A DNA stretch of 64,000 nucleotides, from contig NC_086109.1 of NCBI RefSeq assembly GCF_963921235.1, positions 35,032,001 through 35,096,000 on the forward strand, in the 5' to 3' direction. A program made the position numbers and the translations under genes. Positions 23,464 to 36,854 of the stretch are shown here, in pieces. Origin of the DNA: Mobula hypostoma (lineage: Eukaryota). Each line of letters begins with the position of its first letter. Position 1 is the stretch's first letter. Below the pieces are notes generated by a model that was not told the origin of the DNA, did no database searches, and saw only the letters and a program-made list of their open reading frames with translations.

Positions 23464-24660
23464 TGTCATGGTCCTGATTAGTTATTTCCTAGTTCCCTTT
23501 ATATTTCCTTTGCCTCACGATCGGGACCGTTGATTCCTTGTTTTCCTTTAATTCATTGTTTCCCCGTGTTTCTTGGGCTCTGTAATCAAAGGCACTTGAT
23601 TCTCAGCTGAACAGTCAGTATTTAGTGTTCGGCTTACTGCTTCTCAGTACTAGACCATCACCTGATGTCACCTCACGTCACCAAAGCAAGTACAAGCAGC
23701 TCACCTTGCCGGAGCAAGCCAAGTCACATCGTTGGAGTAAGTCAAGTCTCCTCTCCAAAGCGAGTGCCAGTAAGTTGCCTCCTCTTGCTGGAGCGAGCCC
23801 GTGAGGTTACCGCGCCTGAGTGAGCCTGCTATGCTATCTCGCCACAGCAGTTCCGTCAAGTTAAACTGCCATAGTCAGTCAACAGCCGCTGTCTGTAGTT
23901 CCGGGGTCAAGTGGAGAGTTCACCGCTACTTGGAGCCACTTCGTGCCAAGATAAAGAACTGTCTATCGTTGTGTGGTTTTGTCTCTTTGTGTCCTCACCT
24001 CCGCTGGGTAGGTCCAGCCGTTTGCCACTATCCTGAGTTGGGAACTGTCTCTTCGTGTCCTCGCCCTTGCTGGGTAGGTCTGGCCATTTGCCACTACCCT
24101 GAGTTGGGAACTGTCTCTTTGTGTTTTGTGTTCTGTATCCTGCGTCCAAGAATAGTCCTGACTCTGTGTCCTGTATCCAAGGAAGATTCCCGGCCCTGTA
24201 TCCTGTATCCAAGGAAGAGTCCCGGCCCTGTGTCCTGTGTCCAAGAAGAGTCCCGGCTCTGTCCTGTATCCAAGGAAGAGTCCCGTCTCTGTGTTCCAAT
24301 GTTCCAAGTTCCATGTCTAGGCTCCGATGTTCCAGGTTCCAAGTCCAGGCTCTGATGTTCCGAGTTCCAAGTCCAAGTTCAGGTCCTGAGTTCCGAGTTC
24401 CCAGGCCAAGCCCAAGTGCAAGTCCAGGTCCCGAGTCCCAAGCCAAGCCTAGGCCCTGAGTCCCAGTCTAAGTCTAGGGTCCAAGCCCAACTCCAGCCAT
24501 GCATATTCCCGCTTCCGCTTCATTCACTCCTTGATGTCGCTCTGTGCAATCCTTGCTTCCCTGCTTTCCTAGTAACTATTAATAAACTCTATTTTTGTTA
24601 ATGCTACATAACGTGTTTGTGTCCTGCACTTGGGTCCACCCGTGCTCTGTACTTGTGACA
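23464..24660 (+). mobile_element. Solo LTR (Gypsy-type, about 1.2 kb) containing nested tandem arrays
   Basis: TGTCA...TGACA ends, 5-bp TSD gtcac/atcac (1 mismatch), AATAAA at 24581 followed by gtcctgcacttgggtcc. Confidence 0.8.
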
Positions 24661-26964
24661 ATCACAGCTGAAAACTGAAAGCCCTATTTGCAGTTGCTAA
24701 ACATGTATACACTGTAAATAATCAAAACAGGACCTTATATCTTCCTGTTTTTGTAAAGAATGTGACATTTCAAAAAACTAATTTATGACTGTTGTGGGAT
24801 TTATTTCGGGTTTATCAGCCTGCTATTCAGAAAATCAGATATTTCTTTCATACCAGATTTTGGCAGTCAGGTTATCACCCATTCTTTGATTTCCATTTGG
24901 GTCAGGATTTTCTTCATAGTGGAGCTTTCATACCCTTGGTGCTGGGTGACAAAGATACTTTCCTTTTCCAGACATCTGTTGGAGGTTATCTTCATGTTCA
25001 TTTTTAACCTGTGTAATCTTTAATGATCCTACATATGTTGGGAATGTCAACTACTGATGTCCCCCACAGCTTCCAGGAAGAGTCTGCTGTGACATTTCAC
25101 ATGTGAGATTTAGTTCCTTATTGCAACATGATCTAAGACCAGAAAGATTTGTAACTTCTCTGATGGATATACACTGTCCATGGCCAAAGGCCCTCTCTTT
25201 TTTTGCCAAGCTCTGCTTTCTATACATTAGCAACTGACACTTCTAAAGATCAAAGTGTTGTTTCTGAGTAAATTAAACTTCCAATCAATATTGTTTATTT
25301 AGCTGCTTGTAGTAAACAGGAGCCAGTCTTCAGTTTTTAATGTAGCTAGCAAGCAATAATCAGTGTGAAGGTAAAAGGACAGCTTTTCAAACAAGTACTG
25401 TCTATAGAGCAGGTTTGCTGGCCCACAGCACCTGGGCTTACTGCTCAAGAGTTCGTTATGAAACAATGGGTTACTTAACTGAGTTTATTTCAAACAAGAC
25501 AACAAAGTTATTTAGCTCAAAGAAGCTTGCCGATCAGATTGATGTAATCACTTAACATATTAAGTTGCTGATCTGTTAATAGTTGGAAGGTTTATGTACT
25601 AAAAGAATCAGCTTCACATCATTAATTGTGGATGCCTGTGATCTCTGTCTCCAATGACTTTTAGGTCACTTATTTTAAAAGGCGTCTGAAAAATACATCG
25701 TATGTGTATAAAGTCATCCAAGTGGCAGAGACATAGTACAAATGTAGAGAGCAATCTAAGCTTTTTAGGAATGGCCCAGGACCACCAGGAAAAATGACAG
25801 TAACATGGGGTGAAATAGAATCTATCTCTCTGCTTTTGATTTCTGTGATGGATGGCTGGTTCATTTGCATCTCTCGGTTATGTCTTTTCAGCTTATGGAA
25901 ATTCTACCTGTGTTTTGGAATTCATTTGTATTTTAAAAGTGGTTTTTAATTTGGAAATACTTTATAAGATAGAAATCCTCGGCGAGTTTTAAGTATGTTT
26001 TAAGAACGTTGTTTGGATTTAAATGTGCATCACTGAAAATACATGAACTATGTTACAACTACTTGTTAGCTGGAAATACTTCCTTCTTGGTAGGAAGAAG
26101 GGACCCACCACTCAAATGGTAGGCATTGGTAGTTAAACTCACCATGGAGGATAAACAGGGAAGAGAACTAGTCTTTATTTGAGTTTAGAACTTTATGGCC
26201 TGCAAATCAATGCCATCACACTTTTAGAATCACTCATAACTCTTCCAAATCAGTGTCTATCCTTCGATTGTTTACTTGATTCAATATTTATTGAATAGGT
26301 ATGGAACTGTTTAAGTAGCAATGGCACTGGGATTTTCTGTAGACTTACATAATACAGATTGCTTTGAGGATTATTGGACTCCCTTATATAGGCCAGCTAC
26401 ATTTAGTTAACAAAGCATGACTGTTGATTCATATAGATAGTACCACAGTGTAACCATGTTTTAATCAGTAAGGATTGTAGTGATGACTGGAGTTTTTTTT
26501 TGTCATTTCTAGGCAGGAAATCTTCACTATGTTTTAACTGTGTTTTAATATGGCAGAGTGGTGCCATCAGTTAGCCTCCAGCCTTTCACTCCTGGCGCCT
26601 GGGTTTGAATCAGACCCAGACTGAAAAATTACCTATTCTCCTTCTGCCGGATATAGTAGGTTTGGGTCATTTCCAACAATTTCAATAACACTAAATTGCT
26701 ACCAACTTTGTATTTCATAACATTATCACTTGGGGACCTCAGAAGGCTAATTAAGGAAAGGAAAATATGTTTATACATTAAGGTCTTCCTTTGAGATTAG
26801 GAAGTAGATGCAACTTGCGGTGCAATCTACTTTTGTCCATCTTATTGTGCTATAGAAGGACAATCAGTTTCTGTTCCAAACAGTCATTGCTTATGCTTTA
26901 ATGTAACATGCTTAGTTGCATTAGAAGTTATAGATACAGAAATTTCAGAATGCGTGATCTTTGT

Positions 26965-27190
26965 CAACAACAGAAAATAAATTTCTGGAAGAAGCCAACG
27001 GGTCAAGCAGCATCTATGGAGACAGAGAGATGGTCAATGTTTTGGATCAATACCCTATTTTTCCTGATGCAGAGTCTCAGCCTGAAACATCAACTTTCCC
27101 TCTGTCTTCGCAGATGCTTGCCGACTTGCTGTTCCACCAGCAGTTCATTTTTTTTTTTGCTTCAGTTTTCACTATCTGCAGTTTGTTGCA
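26965..27190. repeat. Short palindromic Penelope-tail element
   Basis: tctggaagaagccaacgggtcaagcagcatctatggag versus cagatgcttgccgacttgctgttccaccagcag; central ctgatgcagagtctcagcctgaaac. Confidence 0.6.
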
Positions 27191-27289
27191 TCTATACCTC
27201 AGTCAATAATGCAGGGTCAAATGATAAAGACTTTACACTTACAAGATTCCCTCTGTGCTTTGTTGTACCTGCTCACTTTTCTCTATTAT

Positions 27290-27950
27290 ACTTGGAATTG
27301 GAATTAGTTAGTTATTGACACATGTACTGAGAAGGAGTGTGTCATCCAGGTAAATCGTGTAAAACCCATACACATTAAGGTATTCAAAAGACAACAGAAT
27401 GCAAAATACAATGTTGCAGCTACAGAGAAAGTGTCATACAGGTAAATGAAAATGTATGGGACATGATGAACTCAGTTGGGATATCAGTAACTTATCCCTA
27501 GCATAGGACAGGTCTGTTTAAGTGTCAGCTAGCAGAATAGAATATGTCCTTGAGTCTGGTGATATGTGCTTTCAAACTTTTGTATCTTCTGCTGACAGGA
27601 TAAGGAAAGTAGTAGAGTGAGAGAGGTCCTTGATTATGTTGATTGCTTTCCTATGGTAGCAGGAGACATGGAGCCAACGGTAGGGGAGGCTGAGTGTGTT
27701 ATATATAGGGCTGCATTCACAACTCTTTGCAGTTTCTTGTTGTCTTGGGCAAAGTGGTTACTATACCAAGCTGTGATGCATCTAGATGGGATGCATTCTA
27801 TGCTGTACTTCTAAGATCTGGTAGGAGTCAATGGGGTCATGCCAAATTTCTTTGCTCTTCTGAGGAAATAGAGACATTAGAGTCCACTTTCTTGGCTGTG
27901 GTGTCAATGCAGCTGGACCAGGAAAAATTGTTGGTGGTACTTTTGATTAT
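27290..27950 (-). mobile_element. Decayed Rex/Babar-like LINE 3' fragment
   Basis: Short hexamer tail at the left end and similarity to 20793-22100. Confidence 0.5.
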
Positions 27951-28944
27951 TTTGAAAATAGAACATTGGCAATGTTCCTACCTCTACACAGTCATGACTT
28001 GGCTTTTTATCAAGGTCTTCTAACCGGGTCCTCTGAGTCCTGAATTGCCAATATCCAGCATCCTTAACATGCTGGAGAAATGTTTTCCCACACAAGGATC
28101 ATGATATTTACATAGATCTTCCAGAAACTCATTGTTAAGTTCATTTTGTGGTTGGATCTCAGAATTTATTTTCAAAATTGGATATTTTACATTTGCATAA
28201 AATTAGTGTTGCAGCAATTAATGTTGTTAGAAAAAGCAGTAGAATATTAGTGCTCCACAATCTCATTATAATTCGCTGCTATTATCCTTTATAACTGCTC
28301 CCAAAAATTGTGTGTGTTAAGTTGAGGAAAGGCGGAAGTTCCTGTAAATTTGTATAAGCAGCTCATTCATGTAGGAAAACAAGATAAACTTGAAATTTAT
28401 CTCTTGGCTGTTGGCATAATGTAATAACAGCTGTGAGGTTTACTGACGTTGGTAGTGGAAGCAGAGTACAATGCACTGCTGCCACTGTATCCGTGTACAT
28501 GGTGCAATTGACTAGCTATTAATTTCTACCTCAATTCCTCTTATTTCAGTAAAATGAGGTCACTACAGAAGTCAGTTTGCTCAGAAAATATGGTTGACCC
28601 CAGATACAGCAGCTGTGATGAAATGCCAGTGTTCTGTGCCAATCTCAAGGAAGGCTGTCAAATAATATCCACCAGTCCCTGTGGTATGGATCCCACTTTC
28701 CTGTTTTTGATATCATTCTGGCACCAGTTGAATGGCATCTCTGGCATCCAGCAGCAATGACGTTGTTAAATCCACAAAGCAGCCAATCAACAGGAAGACA
28801 TCACAGACTACAGAGAAAAGAGCACCAATATTTGACTAAAAGTTGAAGAGCGAAGTAAATATTTGGACATTTTCATGACATGAAAGTAAACATTTAAACA
28901 TCAGAAATTTTAAAAGGAGATGTGTAATTTTTCCACAAATAGAA

Positions 28945-29700
28945 ATGCACAGAGTTGTACAACACAATAACACCCCGTCACATCAATGCCAACCATATTG
29001 GACATCTTATTTGCTCACATTAGATCCATATCCTTTTTTTGTCTTGCCTATTCAAGTCCCTGTGTAAATATCTCTTAAACATAATGGCTCTATCTGACTC
29101 CACCACCTCCTTTGGCATGAAGCTCTGGACATCAGCCATCTGTTTAAAATCTTTCCCCTCAGATCACCTTTAAAACTCTTTCCGTTCACTTTAAACCTGT
29201 GCCCTCTTAACTTCTTATAGGCCTTCCACGGGGAAAAATAGATTCTGACCACTGACCTCATTTTGTGACATTTATAAATTGGTGAATTTGTAGGTGACCC
29301 CTCTGTCTCTTTCACTTCAAGGAAAACGAGTCCAAGGAACATCCTGGTGAATTTTCTCTTCATTCTCTCCAGTACAATGACATCCTGCCTTTAGTGTGAT
29401 GAGTAGAAGTACACTCAGTCCTCTAAATGTGGTCTAGCTTCCAAGCTATAAAAATCATGAATGTCGTATTTCCTTTGTCAGCACCCTGTAGACATGTTTT
29501 ACCACTTTTAGTGCACTTGAATGTAAAGGTCCTTTTGTTCACCCAACCTCCTCAGTGTCCTACCATGTACTGTCAATATCCAACCCCTATTTGACTTGCA
29601 CTTGTCTGGATTAATTTTTAGTTGCCATTGCTCTACTCAGCTTTTGATTTGATCTCTATCCTGCTGTGTCCTTAGACCTCCTTCATCATTATCCACAAAT
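28945..29700 (-). mobile_element. Decayed CR1 3' fragment
   Basis: KRKFTRMFLGL and RGHRFKVNGKSFKGDLRG motifs in ORF 29052-29363. Confidence 0.75.
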
Positions 29701-29849
29701 TTAAAATATTTATCGTGAGAGAACTAGATGCTGCACAAATTCTATTTTTCCCAGAACTAACGAACACTCACGGTAATTGTTACTTGCAATAATTTAACAA
29801 TGATAATAGTTTGTATCATGTTGAAATGGTTATCAATTAAGTACCCTGT

Positions 29850-30096
29850 CCTCATTGCTACCATCAGGAAAGAGGCACAAGAGCCTGAAGGCACACACTC
29901 AACAATTCAGGAACACCATCGATTTCCGAATGGACTTTGAACCCATGAACACTATCTCACTACTTTTCTTATTGTTGAACTACCCATTTAACTTAACTAG
30001 TTTAAAAAATCTATACATACTTGCTGTAATTCACATTCGTTCTAATATTATGTCTTAAATTGTACTGTTGCCACACAGACAAAAAATGTTAGGACA
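29850..30096 (+). mobile_element. Rex/Babar-like 3' fragment
   Basis: LPSGKRHKSLKAHTQQFRN, typical C-terminus of this clade. Confidence 0.6.
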
Positions 30097-30098
30097 TA

Positions 30099-31737
30099 CA
30101 GTGCCTATAACAAGTATTCACAACCGCCCCACCTCCCCCGCCCCCACACAAGTTTTCATGTTTCACTGTTTTACAACATTGAACATTGAATCACAATCAA
30201 TTTAATTTGGCTTTTTTAACACTGCTCAACAGAAGAAGACTCGTTCGTGTCAAAGAGAAGACAGTTCTGTACAAAGTGATCTAAATTAGTTACAAATATA
30301 AAACACAAAATGATTGATTGCAGAAGTATTCACCCCCTTTAATATGACACACAAAATCATCACTGGTGAAACCAACTGTTTTTTGAAAGTCACATAATTA
30401 GTTAAATGGAGATCACCATATGCAGATAAGTTGTTTCAATTGATTGCAGTAAAATTACATCTGTATCAGGAAGGTCCAACTGCTGATGAGTCAGTATCCT
30501 GACAAAAACCATGAACACAAAAGAACAGTCCAAGCAACTCTGCGAAAAGGTTATTGAAAAGCACAAGTCAGGAGATGGATTCAAAAACATTTCCAAGTCA
30601 CTGGATATCCCTTGGAGTACAGTTAAGTCACTCATCAAGAAATGGAAAGAATCTGGCACTGCTGTAAATCTGCATAGAGCAGGCCATCCTCAAAAACTGA
30701 GTGACTGCAAGAAGTGGACGAGTGAGGGAGGGCACCAAAAGACCTATGACAACACTCGAGGAGCTTCAAGTTTCAGTGGCTGAGATGGGAGACACTGCAT
30801 ACAACAAATGTTGCCTGGGTGCTTCACCAGTCACAGATTTATGGGAGAGTGATAAAGAGAAAGCCACTGTCGAAAAAAACTCACAAGAAATCTTGGCTAG
30901 AGTTTGCAAGAAGTCATGTAGGAGACTGAAGTCAGCTAGAAGAACGTTCTATGGTCTGATGAAACCAAAATTGAGCTTTTTGGTCACCAGACTAAATGCT
31001 ATGCTTGGCTTAACTCAAACACCGTACATCATCGAAGACACACCATTCTACCGTGAAGCATGGTGGTGGCTACATCATGCTGTGGGGATGCTTCACTGCA
31101 AGCAGGCCCTGGAAGGCTTGTGAAGGTAGAGAGTAAAATGTGTGCAGCAAAATACAAGGAAATCCTTGGGGAAACCTGATACAGTCTACAAAAGAACTGC
31201 AACTTGCGAGAGGATTTGTTTTCCAGTAAGATAATAACCTCAAGCATAAAGCCAAAGCTCTACAGGAATGCCTTAACACCAACAAAGTTAATATCCTGGT
31301 CTGGCCAAGTCATAGTCCAGATCTCAATCCAATTGAGAATTTGTGGCTGAACTTGATAAAGGCTATTCACTCATGATCCCCATTCAATCTGACAGAGCTT
31401 GAGCAGTTTTGTAAAGAAAAATTGGGAAGAATTGCAGTGTCCAGATGTGCAAAGCTGATAGAAACTTATCCACATAGACTCAAGGCTGCAATTGCTGCCA
31501 AAGGTGCATCTACTAAATACTGACTTAAAAGAGGTGGTGCAATCAATTACTTTGTGTTTAATAATTGTAATAAATTTAGACTAATTTGTAGAAATTTGTT
31601 TTCACTTTGAGACAAAAGAGTTCTTTCTATTGAACGGTGTCAAAAATGTCAAATTAAACCCACTGTGATTCAATGTTGAAAACACTAAAACAAGAAAACT
31701 TCCAAGGGGGTAAGGTGAATAATTTTTATAGACACTG
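30099..31737 (+). mobile_element. Tc1-family DNA transposon, full length, with long IR/DR-type TIRs and decayed transposase
   Basis: TA|CAGTG...CACTG ends, about 230-bp imperfect TIRs, transposase fragments. Confidence 0.93.
30511..31523 (+). pseudogene. Tc1 transposase pseudogene
   Basis: MNTKEQSKQLCEKVIEKHKSGDGFKNISKSLDIPWSTVKSLIKKWK paired-like HTH; WSDETK, KHGGG..MLWGCF, DNNLKH, WPSHSPDLNPIENLW; frameshifts and stops. Confidence 0.9.
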
Positions 31738-31749
31738 TTTGTTAATGAT

Positions 31750-32605
31750 ATTAATCCTGATTCTGAAGGAATCATCTGTAAGGAGTTTGGCAGCATATTT
31801 TGTGGTTGAGAGCACCATCACTGACAGCTGTAGTAGCATTCATGCTGCCTCCTAGTCTCATGTAGAACTCAACAATTTCATTACTTTTGCTGTCAATTTC
31901 CACATTGCCCTGAACATCATGTGGTCAGTCCTTGACTCTACCTTTCCTTTCCTAGACTTATATGTCACTATCTCAGGAGATAGTTTGGCCACTGACTCTT
32001 GACAACTTATCATTCCAGTCTACTGTAAGCATTTTATTTCTTTCTTCAGGTTCTTCCATCTTAGTCAAATATACTTCACTGATGCCATTTTCTGTACACA
32101 TGCCTCTGAAATGCCTTTTCTTTCCAAATAGCTAGTATTGTTAATAAAGCCCTTAACATAATGTAATCCATTTCCCAGACTTCTGTTCTCATTGAGTTCA
32201 GCTGGTCCTCAACTTCTAACCTAATAGCCTTTACATTCAACAGTTTGGTGATCATTTCACAGGGACCATTCCCATAGTGATCTCTGGTTCATTATTCTGT
32301 TCCCACCAACCACCTCACTACCACTGGCACTTTTCCCTGCAAATGCTGGTAGTGCAACATATCACCCATCCACAGACCTGTCTTTCCAGATGAAGGAGCG
32401 ATTCACTTGCACTGGTTCTAATTTATTGCACTACATTCAGTATACACAGTGAGCTCCCTTTGACATTAGAGCAATCAAGTGAAGCGGATTGGCAATACTT
32501 TACAGAACACTAGTATTCAGTCTGCAGGGGTGATGCTTAGTTTCTCGTTGTCTGACATTTTAACTCCTCATTCCAGTACCTTTCAGTTTGTAGCCTCGTG
32601 TGCTT
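31750..32605 (+). mobile_element. Highly decayed Penelope-like RT/GIY-YIG remnant
   Basis: Patchy similarity to 63300-64000 (ccttccttttctagac, cgattcacttgcac). Confidence 0.55.
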
Positions 32606-35539
32606 TCACAGTGAGGCCAGAGTGGGGAACAGAAGAAGAAAGGAGGGGGAAGGGGAAAAGAAAAAAAAGGAGAAATAGAAATTTATGCCATGTTGGGGGC
32701 ACCCTAGATAGAAAATGCTGTGTTGCTCCTTCCCCCTTAGAGTAACCTCATCGTAGCAGAAGAGGATGCCGTGGACTGACAGGTCAGAATGGGAACAGGG
32801 AAAGGAATTTAAATGTTTGGTCACTGGGAGACTCCAATTTTGCTGGATGGAGCAGATGAGCTTTACCAAGTTGTCCCCCAATTTACGTTGGGTTTCTCCA
32901 AGACAGAAAACGCCTCATTGGAGGTATCGGATACAGTAGACGACCCCAACAGATTCACAGGTGAAGTGCTGCTTCACCTAGAAGGGCTCTTTGGGGGCCT
33001 TAAATGGAGCTGAGGGAGGAGGTAAGTGGACAGGTGTAGCACTTTGAGTGCTTGCAGGTATGCTTTGGGTGCCAGGATGGAGATTAGTGGGGAGGGATGA
33101 ATGGACAAGGGAATCCCAGAGGGAGCAGTCCCTGTGGAGAGCAGAGAGTGAGGGGAGGTAAGGATGTCTTTAGTGGTAGGACCCTGTTGAAGATGGTGAA
33201 AGCTGCAGAGAATGATATGTTGGATGCAAAGGCTCATGAGGTGGAAGGTGACGACAAGAGGAACTCTATTACTGTTAAGATGGTAGGAAGATGGGGTGGG
33301 CATTGATGTTCGGAAAATGGAGGAGATGTGGGTGAAGGCATCATCAATGGTGGACAAAAGGGATTCCTGTTCTTTGAAGGACATTCCTTTCCTGATGTCC
33401 TGGAAAGGAAAGCACCATTTAGGGACAGACGTGGAGACGAATGAACTGAGAAAAGGGTATAGTATTTTTACAGGACACAGGTTGTGAAGAGGTGAAATCA
33501 AGATAGCTATGGGAATTAGTAGGTTTATAAAAGATATCTGGGTACACGGTTTGTCTTCAGAAATGAAGACAGAGGTCGAGTAAGGGGCGAGAAGTGTTGG
33601 AAATGGACCAAGTGAAATTAAGGGCAAGATGGAAGTTGAAGATAAAGTTGATGAAATTGATGAGTTAGCAAAGGCACATGAAGCAGCACCAGTGCAATTG
33701 TCAGTGTAGCCCAGAAAGAGTTGGGGAGTATTACCAAGAAAGACTTGGACCATGAACTATTCCATGTAGCCAATGAAAAGGCAGGCATAGTCAGTGCCCA
33801 TGGATACCCTTTGAGTTTGGAGAATCTGGGAGGAGCCAAAGGAGAAGTTGTTAAAGATGAGTACCAGTTCTGCCAGATGGAGGGGAAGATGGGAGAGGGG
33901 AACTGGTTGGGTCTTCTGTCAAAAGAAGCAGAGAGCTTTAAGGATAGATGTGTATAGCAACTGGACATTCATGGTGAAAATGAGGCAGTCAGGACTAGGA
34001 AACTGATAGTTGTTGAGGAGATCAAGAGCATGTGAAGTTTTGTGGATGTAGGTGGGAAGAAACTGAAACAAGGGGAATGAAAGGAGTCCAGGTATATAGA
34101 CATGATTTCATTGGGGCAGGAGTAGGCAAACATAATGAGCTTACTTGGGCAATCTGTTTTGATGATCTTGGGTAGGAGGTAGAAACTCGAAGGGAACTAC
34201 GAGTTTGGTGGCAGTGGATGGAAGAACTCCAAAGTTGATGAGGTTAGTGATGAGGGAGTCAGTGGCCTGACGGTCTGGAGTGGCGTCCTTTTCAAGGGGT
34301 AGGTAGAGGAGGTGTCTGAGATTTGCTAATTGGCACAAACAAGGTAGAGTTTCAATCTGCCACACTAAACCAGCACCCCTTTTGTCTGCTGGATTGATGG
34401 TGAGGTTGGGATTGGTGTGGGGAGAGTGGAGGGCAGTGCTTTCAGATGGGTTAAGGCTTGAGGAGGAGAGAGGAGTGCTGAGGTCAAATTGGTTGATGTG
34501 TCATTGGCAATTAGAGATGAAAAGCTCCAGAGCAGGCAGAAAACCAGAGTGGGGCATTCATGAAGAGGACTAGGGTTGGATATGGGAGAAGGGGTCATCA
34601 GTGTGGAGTGGGGAATTTTTGCCAAAAAAGTGGGATCACAGATAGAGGTGATGAAAGCAGACTTGGCATTGTGGCATGTGCAGCATTCACTGATGTGAGG
34701 ACAAAGGGAGATAAAGGTAAGGCCCTTGCTGAGGATGCAATATTCCACCTCAGAGAGGGGAAGGTCAGAGGGTATGGTGAAGACACGGCAGGAATTAGTT
34801 CTGGGATCAGAGGTGGGGGAAGAAAGATGGTAGCATAACAGGAGGGTGGTGGTTTGAGGTTTACAAAGGAAGTAGGGTGGCTGGATGATGAAAACTCTGA
34901 GGACCCAAGAGGTGACCTGGGAGCCTGACAGACATGAGGTTGGCAAGTGTTGGTGGGAAGTGGAGCCCAGGAGCCTAGTGGAGGTAAATGAGGTCTCAGC
35001 CTGAAGGTGTTGATGGCAAAAGTGTTGACGGCCAAAGTCCAGGCAAGAAGCAGTGTAAGGCATGGTCTGAAGGGATCCGGTGTCATTGGAACCGGGGTAG
35101 GCGAAGGTAGGTCCCACGGTCTGTAGCCGCCCAGGGCCGTTGGAACCAGAGTTGTAGGCCTCGATATCCAGGGTCTGTAAGTATCCACACGAGTTGATGT
35201 CCAAGCAGGAGGAGGCAGGGTTGCAGTCTGGAGGCATCCAATGCTGTCAGAACTGGAGTTGGAGAAGGCTGGTTCAGTAGTCTGGAGATGGGCGTCTTCC
35301 AATCCTTCCTGCTCATGAGGAAGGTGAAGAATTGGTGGTTGAAGGTGTGGACCCGACTGAGGATGAAATATTGGAGAGGTCCATAGCAGGCTATGGAGAG
35401 AGAGAGGTCCGGAATTACGGCAGAGATTAAGACTGGGCCCACAGGTACACACAAAGTACTCTGCAGACGCTGGGGTCAAAGCAACACTCACAACATGCTG
35501 GAGGAACTCAGCAGATGGGGCAGCATCCGTGGAAAAGAT

Positions 35540-35577
35540 CAGTCAATGTTTCGGGCCGGAACCCTTCATCAGGACTG
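35540..35577 (-). ncRNA. Hammerhead ribozyme motif (Penelope tail)
   Basis: CAGUC-CUGAUGA-A-GGGUU(CC)GGCCC-GAAAC-AUU-GACUG; stem III palindrome mutated. Confidence 0.65.
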
Positions 35578-36062
35578 AAGAGAGAAGAGGCAGAGGCCCT
35601 ATAAAGAAGGGTAGTAGAGGAGGCCATGTATGGTCATAATATCAACTCTGCTTCACATTCCCATTCGGATGTGTCCATACATGGCCTTCTCTACTGCCAT
35701 GATGAGGTTAAACTCAGGTTGGAGGAGCAACACCTCATATACAGTCTGGGTAGTCTCCAACCCCTTGGTATGAACATAGAATTCTCCAACTTCCGGTAAT
35801 TCCCTCCCCCTCCCGTCCCCTAACCAGTTTCACTCTGCCCCCTCCCCCAGCTGCCTATTACCTCGCTTATGGTTCCACCTCCTTCTACTACCCATTATGT
35901 TTTCCCCTATACCTTCTTTACCTTTCCTGCCTATCACCTCCCTACTTCCCCTCCCCCACCCCTTTATCTTTCCCCTTACTGGTTTTTCACCTGGAACCTA
36001 ACAGCCTTCTCCTTCCCACCCTCCCCCCACCTTCTTTACAGGGCCTCTGCCCCTTCCCTCTT

Positions 36063-36100
36063 CGGTCCTGATGAAGGGTTCTGGCCCGAAACGTTGACTG
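36063..36100 (+). ncRNA. Hammerhead ribozyme motif (Penelope tail)
   Basis: CGGUC-CUGAUGA-A-GGGUU(CU)GGCCC-GAAAC-GUU-GACUG; palindromic AACGUU retained. Confidence 0.75.
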
Positions 36101-36854
36101 ATCATTTCCACGGATGCTGCCCGACTTGCTGAGTTCCTGCAGCATGTTGTGAGTGTTGCTTGGGCCCACACGTATCTCCACATAGCGGAGAGGGTGGCGC
36201 GTAGAATGTTGAGGGGGGAGTGAAGTGGCACGATGATGTTTGCCATTCAGGTACATCCACAGCATAGTAAATTTTAAATTGTCTCATTCAGGCCTAAAAA
36301 TTTAATTGCTGTGGAGGCATTCTTACTCTTGTGGGATAATGTCTTTCCTGACATGGGGGAATCAGTCCACTTGTGAGTGTGAAGCAATCTCAGGTTCTGG
36401 AGCCTCCTCCATGGCAGTTGTATGAATTGTCTCTGTGACTGCAGGAAATGGTTCTGACAGCTCTGGACAGCTTTCTTCTCTAACAATTGGCTCTGCTCTC
36501 CTCAGCTGATTGATGTGTCATCCCCAGATGACATCAGACACAATCTCCACTGTGTACGAGTGATGTACTCACTTTTGATCATCTCTGTAGTCCCTTACCG
36601 GGACTGTTTGTCCAGGAGAGAAACATTAAATCTCTTTGTTTAAGGGGCTTTCAATTTGTCTCAGATGTTGGTCCTGCATACTCCTTCTGAAACTGGGTTT
36701 GAGGAGATTCAAGCATGGATGAAAGGGACAACCCAGAACAGCATAGCAGGTGAGTTATTGGTTGTGGAGTGTGCTGCTCTGGAATATGTGTTCAGAGATG
36801 TTCTTCTTCACACTACTATTGTAACATATGATTATGTGAGTTAATATCTTCTTC

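Larger units (their letters stand above)
35448..36160 (+). mobile_element. Younger Penelope 3' fragment with an inverted tail copy, flanked by an about 14-bp TSD
   Basis: Inverted arms about 35480-35610 and 36029-36160; tgggcccaca(g/c)gta at 35434-35447 and 36161-36174. Confidence 0.8.
32610..36280 (-). mobile_element. Large decayed Penelope-like element (N-terminus, RT, GIY-YIG), interrupted at 35448-36160
   Basis: VFTIPSDLPLSE...LSKGLTF, RRPNQFPS, FLGYTDNC (decayed YIDD), NRVPLVVTFH; the N-terminal frame resumes after 36174. Confidence 0.85.

Noticed and set aside
23801..24601. Several overlapping repetitive ORFs
   Set aside because: By-products of stop-poor tandem arrays in a solo LTR.
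28550..28683. Possible plus-strand exon (ttatttcag acceptor, gtatgg donor, open frame)
   Set aside because: No recognisable protein similarity, and it is on the opposite strand to the better exon candidate; such signals are common by chance.
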